Assembly: GCA_964629685.1 (NCBI GenBank)
Contig: CAZVTT010000001.1
Location: 641,319 to 705,318 of the forward strand
Reading direction: 5' to 3'
Length of the DNA: 64,000 nt
Origin: an uncultured Gammaproteobacteria bacterium
GTDB taxonomy: Bacteria; Patescibacteriota; Microgenomatia; UBA10105; UBA927
The notes beneath the pieces are model-generated. The model was not told the DNA's origin and did not search any database. It saw only the letters and a list, made by a program, of their open reading frames with translations. Of the stretch, positions 48,828 through 59,212 are shown piece after piece. How positions within the stretch are numbered: the first letter of the stretch is position 1; every line of letters starts with the position of its first letter. Made by a program: the position numbers and the translations under genes.

Positions 48828-48858
48828 AATCCAACCAGGTAATTCTGGTTGGATTTTT
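48828..48858 (+). terminator. Orphan intrinsic-terminator-like hairpin in the 244-bp intergenic region
   Basis: An 11-bp perfect stem aatccaaccag / ctggttggatt with a 6-nt loop is followed by TTT. No annotated plus-strand gene ends just upstream. Confidence 0.45.
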
Positions 48859-48936
48859 ATATGCAAGGTGCTGTAATATAACTCACAGTTAATAGAGGAT
48901 GATTGCCAGTACACTACCCTTCAGAAAGGACAATAT

Positions 48937-49455
48937 ATGAAAAATAAAAATGTGGTTATCGGTGTAGGACTTATTGCCTTCGTTTTGTTTATCGGAGGTT
49001 TTGCTTACGGTCGCCAGTATCAGTGGAAAAATTTTATGGTCGTAAAAGATCATACGTTTGAAGAAAAGAAAGATACCATGGATGCACATGCCGCGAAGTT
49101 CGAGGTTCCTGCGAATGTCGCAGCCCCGACGGTAAAAATTACGGTCGAGAAAGACAAAATGTCCGGGTACAACCTGCATGCCGTAACGACAAATTACAAA
49201 TTTACGCCGGAGAAAGCAAACTTAACCAATGTTATGGGCGAAGGCCATGCCCACATTTACGTAGACGGGGTGAAGTTAACCCGTTTGTACGGAGATTGGT
49301 ACTATATCGGTCATCTGGAGCCGGGCGTACGCGAAATAAAAGTATCGTTAAACGGAAACGATCATGCCGCGTACTATGCCAACGGGAAAGAAATTGCCGA
49401 CACGGTGAAAGTGGAAGTAGAACAAGCAACCGGAGAAGCAGATCATCACGAGTAA
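48937..49455 (+). CDS. Hypothetical membrane-anchored or secreted protein
   Basis: An N-terminal TM helix is present. It is His-rich (EGHAHIY..., DHHE at the C-terminus). No family was assigned. Confidence 0.45.
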   Translation: MKNKNVVIGVGLIAFVLFIGGFAYGRQYQWKNFMVVKDHTFEEKKDTMDAHAAKFEVPANVAAPTVKITVEKDKMSGYNLHAVTTNYKFTPEKANLTNVMGEGHAHIYVDGVKLTRLYGDWYYIGHLEPGVREIKVSLNGNDHAAYYANGKEIADTVKVEVEQATGEADHHE

Positions 49456-49471
49456 TCTAAATCCTATAGCA

Positions 49472-49499
49472 TTGACTTGATCTGTAGAAGTTCTATAAT
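49472..49499 (+). promoter_or_regulatory. Near-consensus sigma70-type promoter; the downstream gene would be leaderless
   Basis: TTGACT, a 16-nt spacer, then TATAAT. The -10 element ends 8 nt before the ATG at 49508. Confidence 0.4.
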
Positions 49500-49507
49500 T
49501 ATAGGTT

Positions 49508-50020
49508 ATGGAACGCAGACCAGGTTACGTCAACTGGCTTCCCGCTACTGGAGAAAGCCTGGCAAAATATCGTATTCTTGGGGTACCGCCACTTAAATTG
49601 GACAAAACCCAGGCAGATCTTTATGTGGGTACTGACAGATTGCTGCTGGATATGATGTTTACCGGCGACTTTAGTTATTTCCTCACGTATAAAAATCGTC
49701 CGGGGTATGCCGCCAGTTTTGCGGAACAAAATAATGCAGATGACGTTTCGCTGGTGCAACTTCAGGGAGCCAAGCAGGAGGGGTATAGGGTGATGAGTGC
49801 ACTGCGTGTGGTTGATTTTATGGCGGATCAAATCCAATTACTGGCGGAACACCCGGAAAGTCCGTATCAGCGGATAACTATGCCACCTCATGCAGTAATC
49901 CTGGGAGTAGTAGATGCCACCGAAGATGCTATAGCCCGCTATTCACAGTTTGCCCATCGTTTGGGGTTAACGTACTCCGAAACTGATCGGGCATTTGTAG
50001 TAGATGTTGTGAAAAAATAG
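49508..50020 (+). CDS. Hypothetical protein
   Basis: A 170-aa ORF with no recognised domain. Confidence 0.4.
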   Translation: MERRPGYVNWLPATGESLAKYRILGVPPLKLDKTQADLYVGTDRLLLDMMFTGDFSYFLTYKNRPGYAASFAEQNNADDVSLVQLQGAKQEGYRVMSALRVVDFMADQIQLLAEHPESPYQRITMPPHAVILGVVDATEDAIARYSQFAHRLGLTYSETDRAFVVDVVKK

Positions 50021-50044
50021 CACCACTACCCGTATAATAGATTT

Positions 50045-50266
50045 ATGTTGATCCCCGCTCTTCCGCTCTTAGCATCCGAACTCCGTGAGCAACTTTCGTT
50101 GTTAACCACCCTTCTCCTTATTATTATGCTTATCACTATCGAATTGTTCGGTACGGATAAGGACGGCAAACGGACGCAGGTAACACTGGTGTTATTTCCC
50201 GTTGCGGGAATTTTGCTGGTACTGGTTGCCTACAATATTGCCATGCGGTTCGGTATTGCACTATGA
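50045..50266 (+). CDS. Small hypothetical membrane protein
   Basis: A 73-aa ORF with two hydrophobic helices. It overlaps the CPBP gene start by 4 nt. Confidence 0.3.
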   Translation: MLIPALPLLASELREQLSLLTTLLLIIMLITIELFGTDKDGKRTQVTLVLFPVAGILLVLVAYNIAMRFGIAL

Positions 50267-51006
50267 CCGGAGTTAAACCATTTTTAGTTCATTTTTTTAT
50301 ATTGTTGGCATTAAGCGCGGTTCAGTTTACCTTCCGTTGGTACCTTCCGGCTTCATTTTACGTTAATGCGTTTGTCTTATTGGTTTTTATCCTGGGTACG
50401 GTGGCGCTGCCGAAGTATCGGGGACTATTGGCTGCGTCAGCCATACTTCCGCTTTCGCATATGGCTGTACTTATGTTGGATTCGGATGCGACGTTTCCCC
50501 GTACGGTTGCCATGTATGGCGTATTTTTAACACTCGGTTTAGCGTATACCCGTGAGCATGCGCTCGTGATGCAGCATGTACTGCATATACCAAAACTTAT
50601 CAGGCTGATCGGTTCCTGCATGGTAGGCTTCGGATTAGGGCTGCTATTGTTTGAAGCGTCGCGGACGTTACCCGGATTGGAAGGGATACTACCGGACACT
50701 TCATATTTATCTTTGGTATCACTGCCGTTTTTCGTGATGGCGGAAGAACTCGTATTCCGAAGATTGCTGCAGAATGAATCGGAAAAAGTAATCTCCCCGT
50801 ATCTATCCATTGTTTTTGCGACGTTGGTATATTCCCTTTACTTTCTGACTATCAGCCCGCTGGCTATGTTCGTGTCGTATTGTTTTAGCTTAGCGGCGGG
50901 TCACATTTATCTGAAATATAAGCGAATTTCGCTTACGATGCTTTTTAATTTATGTTTTAAACTGGGGTTAATTGTCGGTGCAGTAATGCTTTCGGTTATA
51001 CATTAG
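50263..51006 (+). CDS. CPBP family intramembrane glutamic endopeptidase (CAAX protease/Abi-like)
   Basis: A multi-TM protein carrying the EExxxR motif (AEELVFRRLLQ). Confidence 0.65.
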   Translation: MTGVKPFLVHFFILLALSAVQFTFRWYLPASFYVNAFVLLVFILGTVALPKYRGLLAASAILPLSHMAVLMLDSDATFPRTVAMYGVFLTLGLAYTREHALVMQHVLHIPKLIRLIGSCMVGFGLGLLLFEASRTLPGLEGILPDTSYLSLVSLPFFVMAEELVFRRLLQNESEKVISPYLSIVFATLVYSLYFLTISPLAMFVSYCFSLAAGHIYLKYKRISLTMLFNLCFKLGLIVGAVMLSVIH

Positions 51007-51082
51007 CGTGTAAATGAGCTTCAGCGGTATGAATCCGCTCTTCGTGTGCGGCGGGTATCGGAATTGAGTGGTAGTGAGGAAA

Positions 51083-51334
51083 TTATTTTTCTCGGGTACA
51101 TTCCCGGATCAGGTTCCAGATTAAAAATGAAACAAATGAAACCGCAAAACAGAGTATGCCGAACTCATCTTCCCGAATCCACGGTGTTTTGTGTGTGAGC
51201 TGAAGTGGTAAAGTTTCCGGGTGTACCACAGCATTCAGGCAGATATATACCCAGCCGGCAAATCCGAAGACAAATAGGCTAAACGAAACGGCTTTGAGAA
51301 TTTTTAATCCGGTCATATCGTTATAGTAGCACAA
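51083..51334 (-). CDS. Small hypothetical membrane protein
   Basis: An 83-aa ORF with two TM helices, downstream of dus on the same strand. Confidence 0.3.
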   Translation of the reverse strand: MCYYNDMTGLKILKAVSFSLFVFGFAGWVYICLNAVVHPETLPLQLTHKTPWIREDEFGILCFAVSFVSFLIWNLIRECTREK

Positions 51335-51337
51335 TGG

Positions 51338-52279
51338 TTAGGGGAGTAATGCCAGCGCGTCATTACTGTTCCTGGTTTCCATAAGTTGCTGTCTGAGCGC
51401 GTTCGCGCCATCGAAGTCTTTAATATACATTTTATAGAATTTTTTCATGGCTTCGTAATTTCGGGTTTTTCCGTATGTTTCAGTATAGAGCTGCAGGTGT
51501 TTCCGCAGTACCGTTAAATACTCTTCCCGGGAATGTACCTGGGGGCTTTTTTCGAATACCCACGGGTTATGAAATATTCCCCGCGCGATCATTATTCCGT
51601 CTACGCCATGGATGCGGTGCATTTCATGGGCTTGTGCCACCGTTTTTATGTCGCCGTTGCCGATAATAACCGTGTCCGGTGCCAGGGCATTACGGTATTC
51701 TACCGTTCTGCCGATTTTATCCCATTTCGCTTCACCTTTAGACATATCTACGGCAATGCGGGCATGAAGGGTAAGTGCGTCTATTTGTTGCGATAACAGA
51801 AACGGTATCCAGGTTTCGGAAACGTCACTATCCACTCCCAGTCTGGTTTTTACACTCACTGCCAGATTTCCCGCTTCCGAACGTACGGATTTGATTATGG
51901 CTGCAGCCAGTTGGGGAGTACGGATTAATCCTGCGCCAGCGCCGTGTTTTACCACGTTTTTATCAGGACAACCCATATTAATGTCTACACCATCAAATCC
52001 CAGTTTAGCGGCGAGTTTAGCCGCTTGTCCGAGTTTGTCAGGATTATTCCCCCAAAATTGCGCCACTATGGGGCGTTGGTTTTCACTGTACCGCAATTTA
52101 GAAAGCGACGCGGCTCTGCCGCCGGGATTAGCCAGTGCGCCCGCGCTGGTAAATTCGGTAAAGAATACGTCCGGTTTCGGAAGCAGCATAGCCACAATTT
52201 CCCGGAAAACATGTTCGGTAACATCTTCCATGGGGGAAAGAACCAGAAATGGTTTAGCGCGTTGTGACCAGAAGTTCAT
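51338..52279 (-). CDS. dus: tRNA-dihydrouridine synthase
   Basis: LSPMEDVTEHVFR and GFDGVDINMGCP match the Dus TIM-barrel FMN-binding motifs. Confidence 0.85.
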   Translation of the reverse strand: MNFWSQRAKPFLVLSPMEDVTEHVFREIVAMLLPKPDVFFTEFTSAGALANPGGRAASLSKLRYSENQRPIVAQFWGNNPDKLGQAAKLAAKLGFDGVDINMGCPDKNVVKHGAGAGLIRTPQLAAAIIKSVRSEAGNLAVSVKTRLGVDSDVSETWIPFLLSQQIDALTLHARIAVDMSKGEAKWDKIGRTVEYRNALAPDTVIIGNGDIKTVAQAHEMHRIHGVDGIMIARGIFHNPWVFEKSPQVHSREEYLTVLRKHLQLYTETYGKTRNYEAMKKFYKMYIKDFDGANALRQQLMETRNSNDALALLP

Positions 52280-52372
52280 GACAGAATTATACTATACCTG
52301 CGTCATATTCCGTTTAGAATTGTGTTAAATCGTACGCTTGAATATCCCAATATTTGCAGTATAATATATACT

Positions 52373-53296
52373 ATGAGTCATATAAATGATCGTATTCCTT
52401 CTTTAACCATAGGGGTGCCGGTATATAATGAAGCCCTTAATATCGGGAATATGCTTCAATCCGTACTTAAACAGTCCCATAAGTACTACCGGCTGGTAAA
52501 AATTATGGTAATCTGCGACGGATCTACCGACGGTACTCCCGAAATAGTAAAAAAACTGGCTAAAAAACATCGGGTTATTTCCTGTGTAGTAAAAAAAACC
52601 CGGCACGGAAAAACCACCGGGTTAAATAGCATTTACCGGGCAAATACCAGCGAATTATTGCTCACACTGGATGGAGATATTATTTTAGGCGGCAAACACG
52701 ACATAGATGAAATGGTTAAGCTTATGCTTTCACATGAAACCATTTGCGCTGTGGCAGCGCATCAGGATCCGGTGGAACCCAAAGGATTTATTCCGCAGGT
52801 GTTGTATACCAATCATATTTTGTGGAACCAGGTCAGAATTCACGTAAATCACGGCGATCACATCTCCAATTTGCAGGGTTCAGCTACGTTGCTGCGGGGA
52901 TCATTTGCGCATCATATTACGTATCCGACTTCAATTCCCTGTGATCAGGGGTATTTATACGTGAAAGCCCATCAGAGACAGGGTTTCGCTTATGCCTACA
53001 ATACCCATGTGTTGTATCAACCTATTTCCACCTTAACTGACCTGAAACGGTTGGCACCCCGTGCCAGAAACGAAAAGTATTCTTTGGTAAAATATTTTGG
53101 AGAGGACGTTTTGTCGTTATATACCATTCCGTGGCAATATAAAGTCCGCGGTATCTTAAATACCATCCAGTCGCGACCGGTGATGACCGTATTGTGTATA
53201 GCACTGAATATTGTTGCTCAATTGGTAATTCCGGAGCAGGTAATCGAATCAGGTATGTGGGAAACGCTCGTATCAACAAAAATAGGAATTAGCTAA
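52373..53296 (+). CDS. Glycosyltransferase family 2
   Basis: The N-terminal GT-A start LTIGVPVYNEALNI is present, with the DxD region CDGSTDG. Confidence 0.75.
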   Translation: MSHINDRIPSLTIGVPVYNEALNIGNMLQSVLKQSHKYYRLVKIMVICDGSTDGTPEIVKKLAKKHRVISCVVKKTRHGKTTGLNSIYRANTSELLLTLDGDIILGGKHDIDEMVKLMLSHETICAVAAHQDPVEPKGFIPQVLYTNHILWNQVRIHVNHGDHISNLQGSATLLRGSFAHHITYPTSIPCDQGYLYVKAHQRQGFAYAYNTHVLYQPISTLTDLKRLAPRARNEKYSLVKYFGEDVLSLYTIPWQYKVRGILNTIQSRPVMTVLCIALNIVAQLVIPEQVIESGMWETLVSTKIGIS

Positions 53297-53313
53297 ATTT
53301 CCGATCATCCAAC

Positions 53314-54210
53314 ATGAAAAAAGCACTTACCCTTACCGTCGGCATTCCTACCTGTTATGGTGGAGAAACACTGCTGGCTACTGCAAGAAGTATTCGGGCA
53401 TCTGAAGGTGTGGGGCGGTTCCGCTTTGTTATCGTAGCCGATACGACACCCATTACCCCTAAAGAGCGTTTTGAGCTCAAAAATATGGGTATTGAATTAA
53501 TTTGGAATAAGGTGCGCGGATCTCAGGCGAAGAAAATTAAACAATTATTGGCGCTTACGAAAACCGATATATTCGTGTTTACGCAGGATGATGTCCGGTT
53601 TACTCCGACCACGTTGCGGGAAATAGTAGACGATTTTTCCCTGAATCCTAAGGTTTCTATGATTACCTCCCGGGTGCAGCCGGAACCACCGGAAACCTGG
53701 TTTGCCCGCACGTTGGCGTTCGGTGCCCGAGTGGCGTATGCCGTTTCCGTAAAATGGAAAAACGGAGACAATTATTTGTCCGCAAACGGCCGGTGTATAG
53801 GGTTCCGCATGAGCGTTGCCAAGCACTATGTAATTCATGCGGAGAGTATTAATAATGATGCCTACCTCTACCTGGAAAATAAGCGGGTTGGCGGTATCTA
53901 CGCCCACGAGCCTAAATCCGTGGTGTATAATAGAATTCCGCTTAAGTTTAAAGAGCATTTAAACCAAACTTCACGATTCCGGTATTCTCAAGCGGAAATG
54001 AGCTCATATTTTCATAATGTAGACACTGAATACCACGTACCCAAACTGCTGTTGTGGCAGGAATTTATATCAGAATTTTTCCGGGACCCGCTGCACGGTT
54101 TGTCGTACATGGGTATAAACATGTACGCGCAGTTGGTAAAAAAACAGGTAAAAGTGAAAAATCCATTGTGGACCGCCGATATCTCTACCAAGAGGGTAAA
54201 AACCGCCTAA
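53314..54210 (+). CDS. Glycosyltransferase family 2-like
   Basis: A GT-A-like N-terminus is present (LTVGIPTCYGGE), along with a DDV motif. Confidence 0.55.
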   Translation: MKKALTLTVGIPTCYGGETLLATARSIRASEGVGRFRFVIVADTTPITPKERFELKNMGIELIWNKVRGSQAKKIKQLLALTKTDIFVFTQDDVRFTPTTLREIVDDFSLNPKVSMITSRVQPEPPETWFARTLAFGARVAYAVSVKWKNGDNYLSANGRCIGFRMSVAKHYVIHAESINNDAYLYLENKRVGGIYAHEPKSVVYNRIPLKFKEHLNQTSRFRYSQAEMSSYFHNVDTEYHVPKLLLWQEFISEFFRDPLHGLSYMGINMYAQLVKKQVKVKNPLWTADISTKRVKTA

Positions 54211-54317
54211 AGGTCTAATTTTGACGAAATAAGGCTAGTATAGTATAATATACTCTAGGATGAGCTATTAGCGGAATATGATTCCGCTTTTATTGTATTA
54301 TTAAGCTCAAAAACACT

Positions 54318-55094
54318 ATGAAAGTTGTAATTCTTGCAGGTGGCTATGGGACTAGGTTAAGTGAAGAAACCAGTATCCGTCCGAAACCAATGGCGGAAGT
54401 CGGTGGTAAGCCGATTCTCTGGCACATAATGAAAATATTTTCTGCGCAGGGCTATAACGATTTTGTGATCTGCTGCGGATACAAATCACATGTCATTAAA
54501 GAATATTTTGCCAATTACGGTCTGCATCGGGCGGACGTAACATTCGATTTAGGAAATCATACCCATACCATCCATAAAAATGGTGCCGAAAAATGGAAAG
54601 TAACCTGTGTAGAGACCGGTGAAGATTCCATGACCGGCGGCAGGTTAAAACGGGTCAGCGAGTATTTGGACAACGAGCCGTTCTTTTTTACCTACGGTGA
54701 CGGTGTCAGTAACGTAAATTTAACCGAACTGGTTACATTTCATAAATCACAAAAAGCGTTTGCCACCATGACTGCAGTACAACCTCCCGGCCGTTTCGGC
54801 GCGTTTACCTTAAGTGAAGATCAGGCGAAAGTAACCAGTTTCAGGGAAAAACCTCAAGGCGACGGTGCCTGGATAAATGGTGGTTTTTTCGTATTGGAAC
54901 CGCAGGCACTGAAATATATCGAAAATGATACGACTACCTGGGAGCAGGAACCGCTTAAAAAGTTAGCCCATGACGGAAAACTGGCAGCTTACAAACATAC
55001 CGGTTTCTGGCATGCCATGGATACACTCCGCGATAAACACGTATTGGAAGAAATGTGGAAAAAGGGCGAGGCACCCTGGAAGTTGTGGGAGTAA
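54318..55094 (+). CDS. rfbF: Glucose-1-phosphate cytidylyltransferase
   Basis: The N-terminus [38 protein letters not shown] is the RfbF/DdhA signature. The protein is 258 aa. Confidence 0.85.
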   Translation: MKVVILAGGYGTRLSEETSIRPKPMAEVGGKPILWHIMKIFSAQGYNDFVICCGYKSHVIKEYFANYGLHRADVTFDLGNHTHTIHKNGAEKWKVTCVETGEDSMTGGRLKRVSEYLDNEPFFFTYGDGVSNVNLTELVTFHKSQKAFATMTAVQPPGRFGAFTLSEDQAKVTSFREKPQGDGAWINGGFFVLEPQALKYIENDTTTWEQEPLKKLAHDGKLAAYKHTGFWHAMDTLRDKHVLEEMWKKGEAPWKLWE

Positions 55095-55096
55095 TT

Positions 55097-56128
55097 ATGA
55101 ATATACTTATCGCCGGCAGTGACGGTTATATCGGTACCCGCATGGGACCGTTCTTAATGTCCCGGGGACACACAGTAACCGGACTTGATACCGGATTTTA
55201 TCGGAATGGTTGGTTATACAACGATCCTACAAATCCACTTCCCAAGGTAATTACCAAAGACACCCGTCATATAACGGTCGAAGAGTTAAAAGGTTATGAT
55301 GTCGTTATTCATTTAGCAGATCTATCCAACGATCCATTGGCGTTAATAGATGAACAGAACACATACAGAATTAACCACATCGGTTCCTTAGAGTTGGCCA
55401 AGAAAGCCAAACAGGCCGGTGTATCAAGGTTTTTGTATTCTTCCTCCTGCAGTATTTATGGTGTTGCCACGGAAGAATTCGTTAACGAACAATCGGAAGT
55501 CCGACCGCAAACAGCGTATGCCAAATGCAAATTATTAGTAGAAAAAGCGGTGGCAGAACTTGCCGATGATACCTTTACACCTACCTATTTGCGGAATTCT
55601 ACCGTGTACGGTCCGTCACCCCGGATGCGGTTCGATTTGGTGCTCAATAACTTAAGCGCATTAGCCTATACCACCCATGAGATTAAAATGACTTCCGACG
55701 GAACGCCCTGGAGACCGCTGGTGCATGTAATGGATTTATGTGAAGCGTTTGCCCGGGTAATAGAAGCACCGAAAGAAGTTGTTCATAATCAGGTATTTAA
55801 TGTGGGCAGTACCAAAAGCAATTACCAGGTGAAAGAAATTGCGACAGTGGTAGCCAATACCTTCCCCGGTTGTACATTGAGTTTCGGAAAGAGTGACGGC
55901 GACAACCGCAGTTATCGAGTTTCATTCGAAAAAATTGCCAAGGCATTTCCTGATTTTTCCTGCACCAGAACCATAGAAACGGGAGCAGCAGAGTTATTGG
56001 CATTATTCCAGAGAATTAATCTGACGCCGGAAGTATTTGCCGATCGCGCGTATACCAGGCTAAAACAGCTTTCGTATTTATCAGACACCAAACAAGTAGA
56101 CGCCGAGTTATTCTGGAGGGCAGCATGA
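55097..56128 (+). CDS. NAD-dependent epimerase/dehydratase family protein (candidate CDP-glucose 4,6-dehydratase)
   Basis: A Rossmann GxxGxxG region (GSDGYIG) and YAKCK (YxxxK) are present. It follows rfbF, and the next gene overlaps it by 4 nt. Confidence 0.7.
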   Translation: MNILIAGSDGYIGTRMGPFLMSRGHTVTGLDTGFYRNGWLYNDPTNPLPKVITKDTRHITVEELKGYDVVIHLADLSNDPLALIDEQNTYRINHIGSLELAKKAKQAGVSRFLYSSSCSIYGVATEEFVNEQSEVRPQTAYAKCKLLVEKAVAELADDTFTPTYLRNSTVYGPSPRMRFDLVLNNLSALAYTTHEIKMTSDGTPWRPLVHVMDLCEAFARVIEAPKEVVHNQVFNVGSTKSNYQVKEIATVVANTFPGCTLSFGKSDGDNRSYRVSFEKIAKAFPDFSCTRTIETGAAELLALFQRINLTPEVFADRAYTRLKQLSYLSDTKQVDAELFWRAA

Positions 56129-57372
56129 AAAAACAATCAACCGAAATTACCTGCAGGTTTTGTAAAACACCGCTGAAACATACGTTTGTAGATCTGGGAT
56201 TATCTCCCATAGCGAACGACTATATCCGTCCGGAACATAAAGACGTAAAAGAACCGTTTTTTCCGTTGCACGTATACGTTTGCAGCAAGTGTTATCTGGT
56301 ACAGTTGCCGGATACCAGAACGGAAGACGAAATTTTCCGTTCCGACTATGCCTATTTTTCTTCATTTTCCGCATCGTGGCTGGCACATTCCAAAGCGTAT
56401 GTGGATATGATTTCGGAAAAACTTAACCTGGGAAAAGCACATCAGGTTATAGAACTGGCCAGTAATGACGGATATTTACTGCAGTATTTCGTGGAAAAAC
56501 AGATTCCGGTATTAGGTATAGAGCCTTCGCTAAGTGTGGCTGAAGCCGCACGGGAAAAAGGAATTCCTACGGTAGTAAAGTTTTTCGGTGTAGATACAGC
56601 CAAAGAGTTGGTAAAAGAAGGCAAAAAAGCCGACTTGTTGCTCGGTAACAACGTATTGGCTCACGTTCCTGATTTAAATGATTTTGTGGCAGGAATGAAA
56701 ATAATCCTGAAAGAGGGCGGTACACTAACTATGGAGTTCCCGCACTTATTAAACCTCATGCAGTTAAATCAGTTTGATACCATTTACCATGAACATTTTT
56801 CATACTTTTCGTTTATGGCGGTGTCTAAAATATTTGCACATCACGGAATAACGCTCTACGACGTAGAAGAACTGCCGACTCACGGCGGATCTCTGCGGAT
56901 TTATGGACGCCATACCGGTAAAGATGTAACGCTTACCAAACGGGCATTGGCTATGATTGCCAAGGAAAAGAAAGCCAAACTGGATACGTTGGCTGCTTAT
57001 GCTAAATTCCAGAAACAGGTAGAAAAAACCCGGAAAGCTACAGTAGAATTTTTAACGAAAATACATAAATCGGGAAAAAACATTGTGGGTTACGGTGCTC
57101 CGGCAAAAGGGAATACACTGTTAAATTATTGCGGTATTACGTCCGATGTGGTGCACTATACCGTAGATAAAAATCCGCACAAGCAGAATCATTTTCTGCC
57201 GGGAGTACGGATTCCGGTATTTAACCCCGATAAAATTGTGGCGTCTAAACCTGATTACCTATTCATTCTTCCCTGGAACATAAAAGACGAAATTATGGAA
57301 GAAATGAAGTATATTAGATCATGGGGCGGTAAGTTTATTGTTGCTATACCGAAGCTCCAGGTCTATCCATGA
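56125..57372 (+). CDS. NDP-hexose C-methyltransferase (TylCIII-like class I SAM methyltransferase with an N-terminal Zn-ribbon)
   Basis: An N-terminal CxxC...CxxC region is present (CRFCKT...CSKCY). A SAM-binding region (ELASNDGYLLQYF) and a C-terminal C-methyltransferase-type domain follow. Confidence 0.65.
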   Translation: MKKQSTEITCRFCKTPLKHTFVDLGLSPIANDYIRPEHKDVKEPFFPLHVYVCSKCYLVQLPDTRTEDEIFRSDYAYFSSFSASWLAHSKAYVDMISEKLNLGKAHQVIELASNDGYLLQYFVEKQIPVLGIEPSLSVAEAAREKGIPTVVKFFGVDTAKELVKEGKKADLLLGNNVLAHVPDLNDFVAGMKIILKEGGTLTMEFPHLLNLMQLNQFDTIYHEHFSYFSFMAVSKIFAHHGITLYDVEELPTHGGSLRIYGRHTGKDVTLTKRALAMIAKEKKAKLDTLAAYAKFQKQVEKTRKATVEFLTKIHKSGKNIVGYGAPAKGNTLLNYCGITSDVVHYTVDKNPHKQNHFLPGVRIPVFNPDKIVASKPDYLFILPWNIKDEIMEEMKYIRSWGGKFIVAIPKLQVYP

Positions 57373-57899
57373 TTTTTACACCTACTGCACTTTCCGGTGC
57401 GTTTGTAATTGAACTTGAGAAACGTGAAGATGAGCGAGGGTATTTTGCCCGTTCATTCTGTGCCGATGAATTCTCCCGACACGGCCTTGAACCCAAAGTA
57501 GTGCAATGCAATATCTCATTTAACAAATCCCGCGGCACCCTCCGTGGTATGCATTTTCAGCAGGCCCCGTACGCGGAAGTGCGGTTAGTACGGTGTACCC
57601 GCGGAGCTGTACATGATGTGATCATTGATTTACGCCGCAATTCTCCGACCTTTAAACAATCTTTTGCTGTCGATCTTACTCCGGATAACGGCAAAATGTT
57701 GTATGTACCGCAGGGATTTGCGCACGGATTCTTAACACTGGCGGACAATACGGAAGTGTTTTACCAGATGAGTGAATTTTACCATCCGGAGTCTGCCGGA
57801 GGCGTACGTTATAACGATGCTGCATTTGGTATACAGTGGCCGGAAGAGGTAAAGGTAATTGCGGAGAAAGATACCGCGTACCCGGATTTTTCCGCTTGA
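57369..57899 (+). CDS. dTDP/CDP-4-dehydro-6-deoxyhexose 3,5-epimerase (RmlC-like cupin)
   Basis: The cupin core is typical of RmlC (ERGYFARSF, LRGMHFQ, YVPQGFAHGF). Confidence 0.8.
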   Translation: MIFTPTALSGAFVIELEKREDERGYFARSFCADEFSRHGLEPKVVQCNISFNKSRGTLRGMHFQQAPYAEVRLVRCTRGAVHDVIIDLRRNSPTFKQSFAVDLTPDNGKMLYVPQGFAHGFLTLADNTEVFYQMSEFYHPESAGGVRYNDAAFGIQWPEEVKVIAEKDTAYPDFSA

Positions 57900-57913
57900 T
57901 TCTTTCTGTATCT

Positions 57914-59212
57914 ATGACTGATATTGATCCACATACAGGCACACGGATGCATGCGCTTATTACTGCGCTTTATCCCATCTGTCGGTCCATAACCGGGAAC
58001 GGGGTCCGCAGCACGCTGGAAATACTTAAGCGCACTGTACCGCTGACGATAAACGAAGTTCCCAGCGGTACCAAAGTATTTGACTGGGAAGTGCCGCCGG
58101 AATGGAATATTACCGATGCCTACATAAAAAATGCTGCAGGGGAACGGGTGGTGGATTTTAACCGGTCCAATTTGCATGTCGTAAACTATAGTCGGCCGGT
58201 GCATAAACAAATGACGTGGGAAGAGCTTAAGCCGTTCGTACATTCTTTGGCGGATAGGCCCGACGCTATTCCCTACAGAACGACGTATTACGAAGACAAA
58301 TGGGGATTTTGTGTCCGGGATAGTGAATTATCTCAGTTTAAGTCCGGTGAAACGTATGACGTCTGTATAGATTCCACTTACGCGCCGGGAAATTTAACCT
58401 ACGGAGAATACGTGGTAAAAGGATCGCAAGACGCGGAAATACTTATTTCTACCCATATATGCCATCCATCAATGTGTAATGATAATTTATCGGGTATTGC
58501 CGTGGCATCAGAGTTGGCCAATTGGGTAGCGAGTATGCCGCGCAAATATTCCTACAGATTTTTATTTATTCCCGGTACCATTGGGTCACTTACCTGGCTG
58601 GCCACACACGAAGCGGATACGGAAAAAATTAAATTCGGGTTAGTGTTAACGGGTGTCGGAGATGCCGGTGCCGTAACATACAAAAAAACCAGGCAAGGGA
58701 ATACCGAAATTGATTACGTGATGGAACGGGTGTTAAAAGCCAGAAATACGGCATTTAAAATGGTGGATTTTTATCCGTACGGTTACGATGAGCGGCAATA
58801 TTCATCTCCCGGTATACACTTGCCCGTGGGAACGCTGATGCGTACGCAGCACGGTACGTATCCGGAGTACCATACGTCGAAGGATAATCTGTCGTTCGTG
58901 AAACCGGAGTCGCTTGCGGATTCTTTAGCGGTGCTTACCGCGGTACTGGAAACGGTGGAAACCGCAAAAACATATATAAACACCAGCCCTAAAGGGGAAC
59001 CCAATTTGGGGAAACGGGGACTGTATGCCGCCATGAATACGCAAACTGCAGATAAGGTATCGTTTCAGATGGCCATGTTATGGGTGTTAAATTTGTCTGA
59101 CGGCACGAATAGCCTTACTGCTATTGCTACCAGATCGGGAATGGATATGGATATCATTTCGTCTGCAGCCAATGTTTTACACGAGCATGAGTTACTAAAG
59201 GAAGTACTATGA
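57914..59212 (+). CDS. Aminopeptidase-like (M28/DUF4910-like) domain protein of sugar-modification clusters
   Basis: A 433-aa ORF with a metallopeptidase-like segment (CHPSMCNDNLSG). The family assignment is by recollection of this glycan-locus-associated architecture. Confidence 0.35.
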   Translation: MTDIDPHTGTRMHALITALYPICRSITGNGVRSTLEILKRTVPLTINEVPSGTKVFDWEVPPEWNITDAYIKNAAGERVVDFNRSNLHVVNYSRPVHKQMTWEELKPFVHSLADRPDAIPYRTTYYEDKWGFCVRDSELSQFKSGETYDVCIDSTYAPGNLTYGEYVVKGSQDAEILISTHICHPSMCNDNLSGIAVASELANWVASMPRKYSYRFLFIPGTIGSLTWLATHEADTEKIKFGLVLTGVGDAGAVTYKKTRQGNTEIDYVMERVLKARNTAFKMVDFYPYGYDERQYSSPGIHLPVGTLMRTQHGTYPEYHTSKDNLSFVKPESLADSLAVLTAVLETVETAKTYINTSPKGEPNLGKRGLYAAMNTQTADKVSFQMAMLWVLNLSDGTNSLTAIATRSGMDMDIISSAANVLHEHELLKEVL

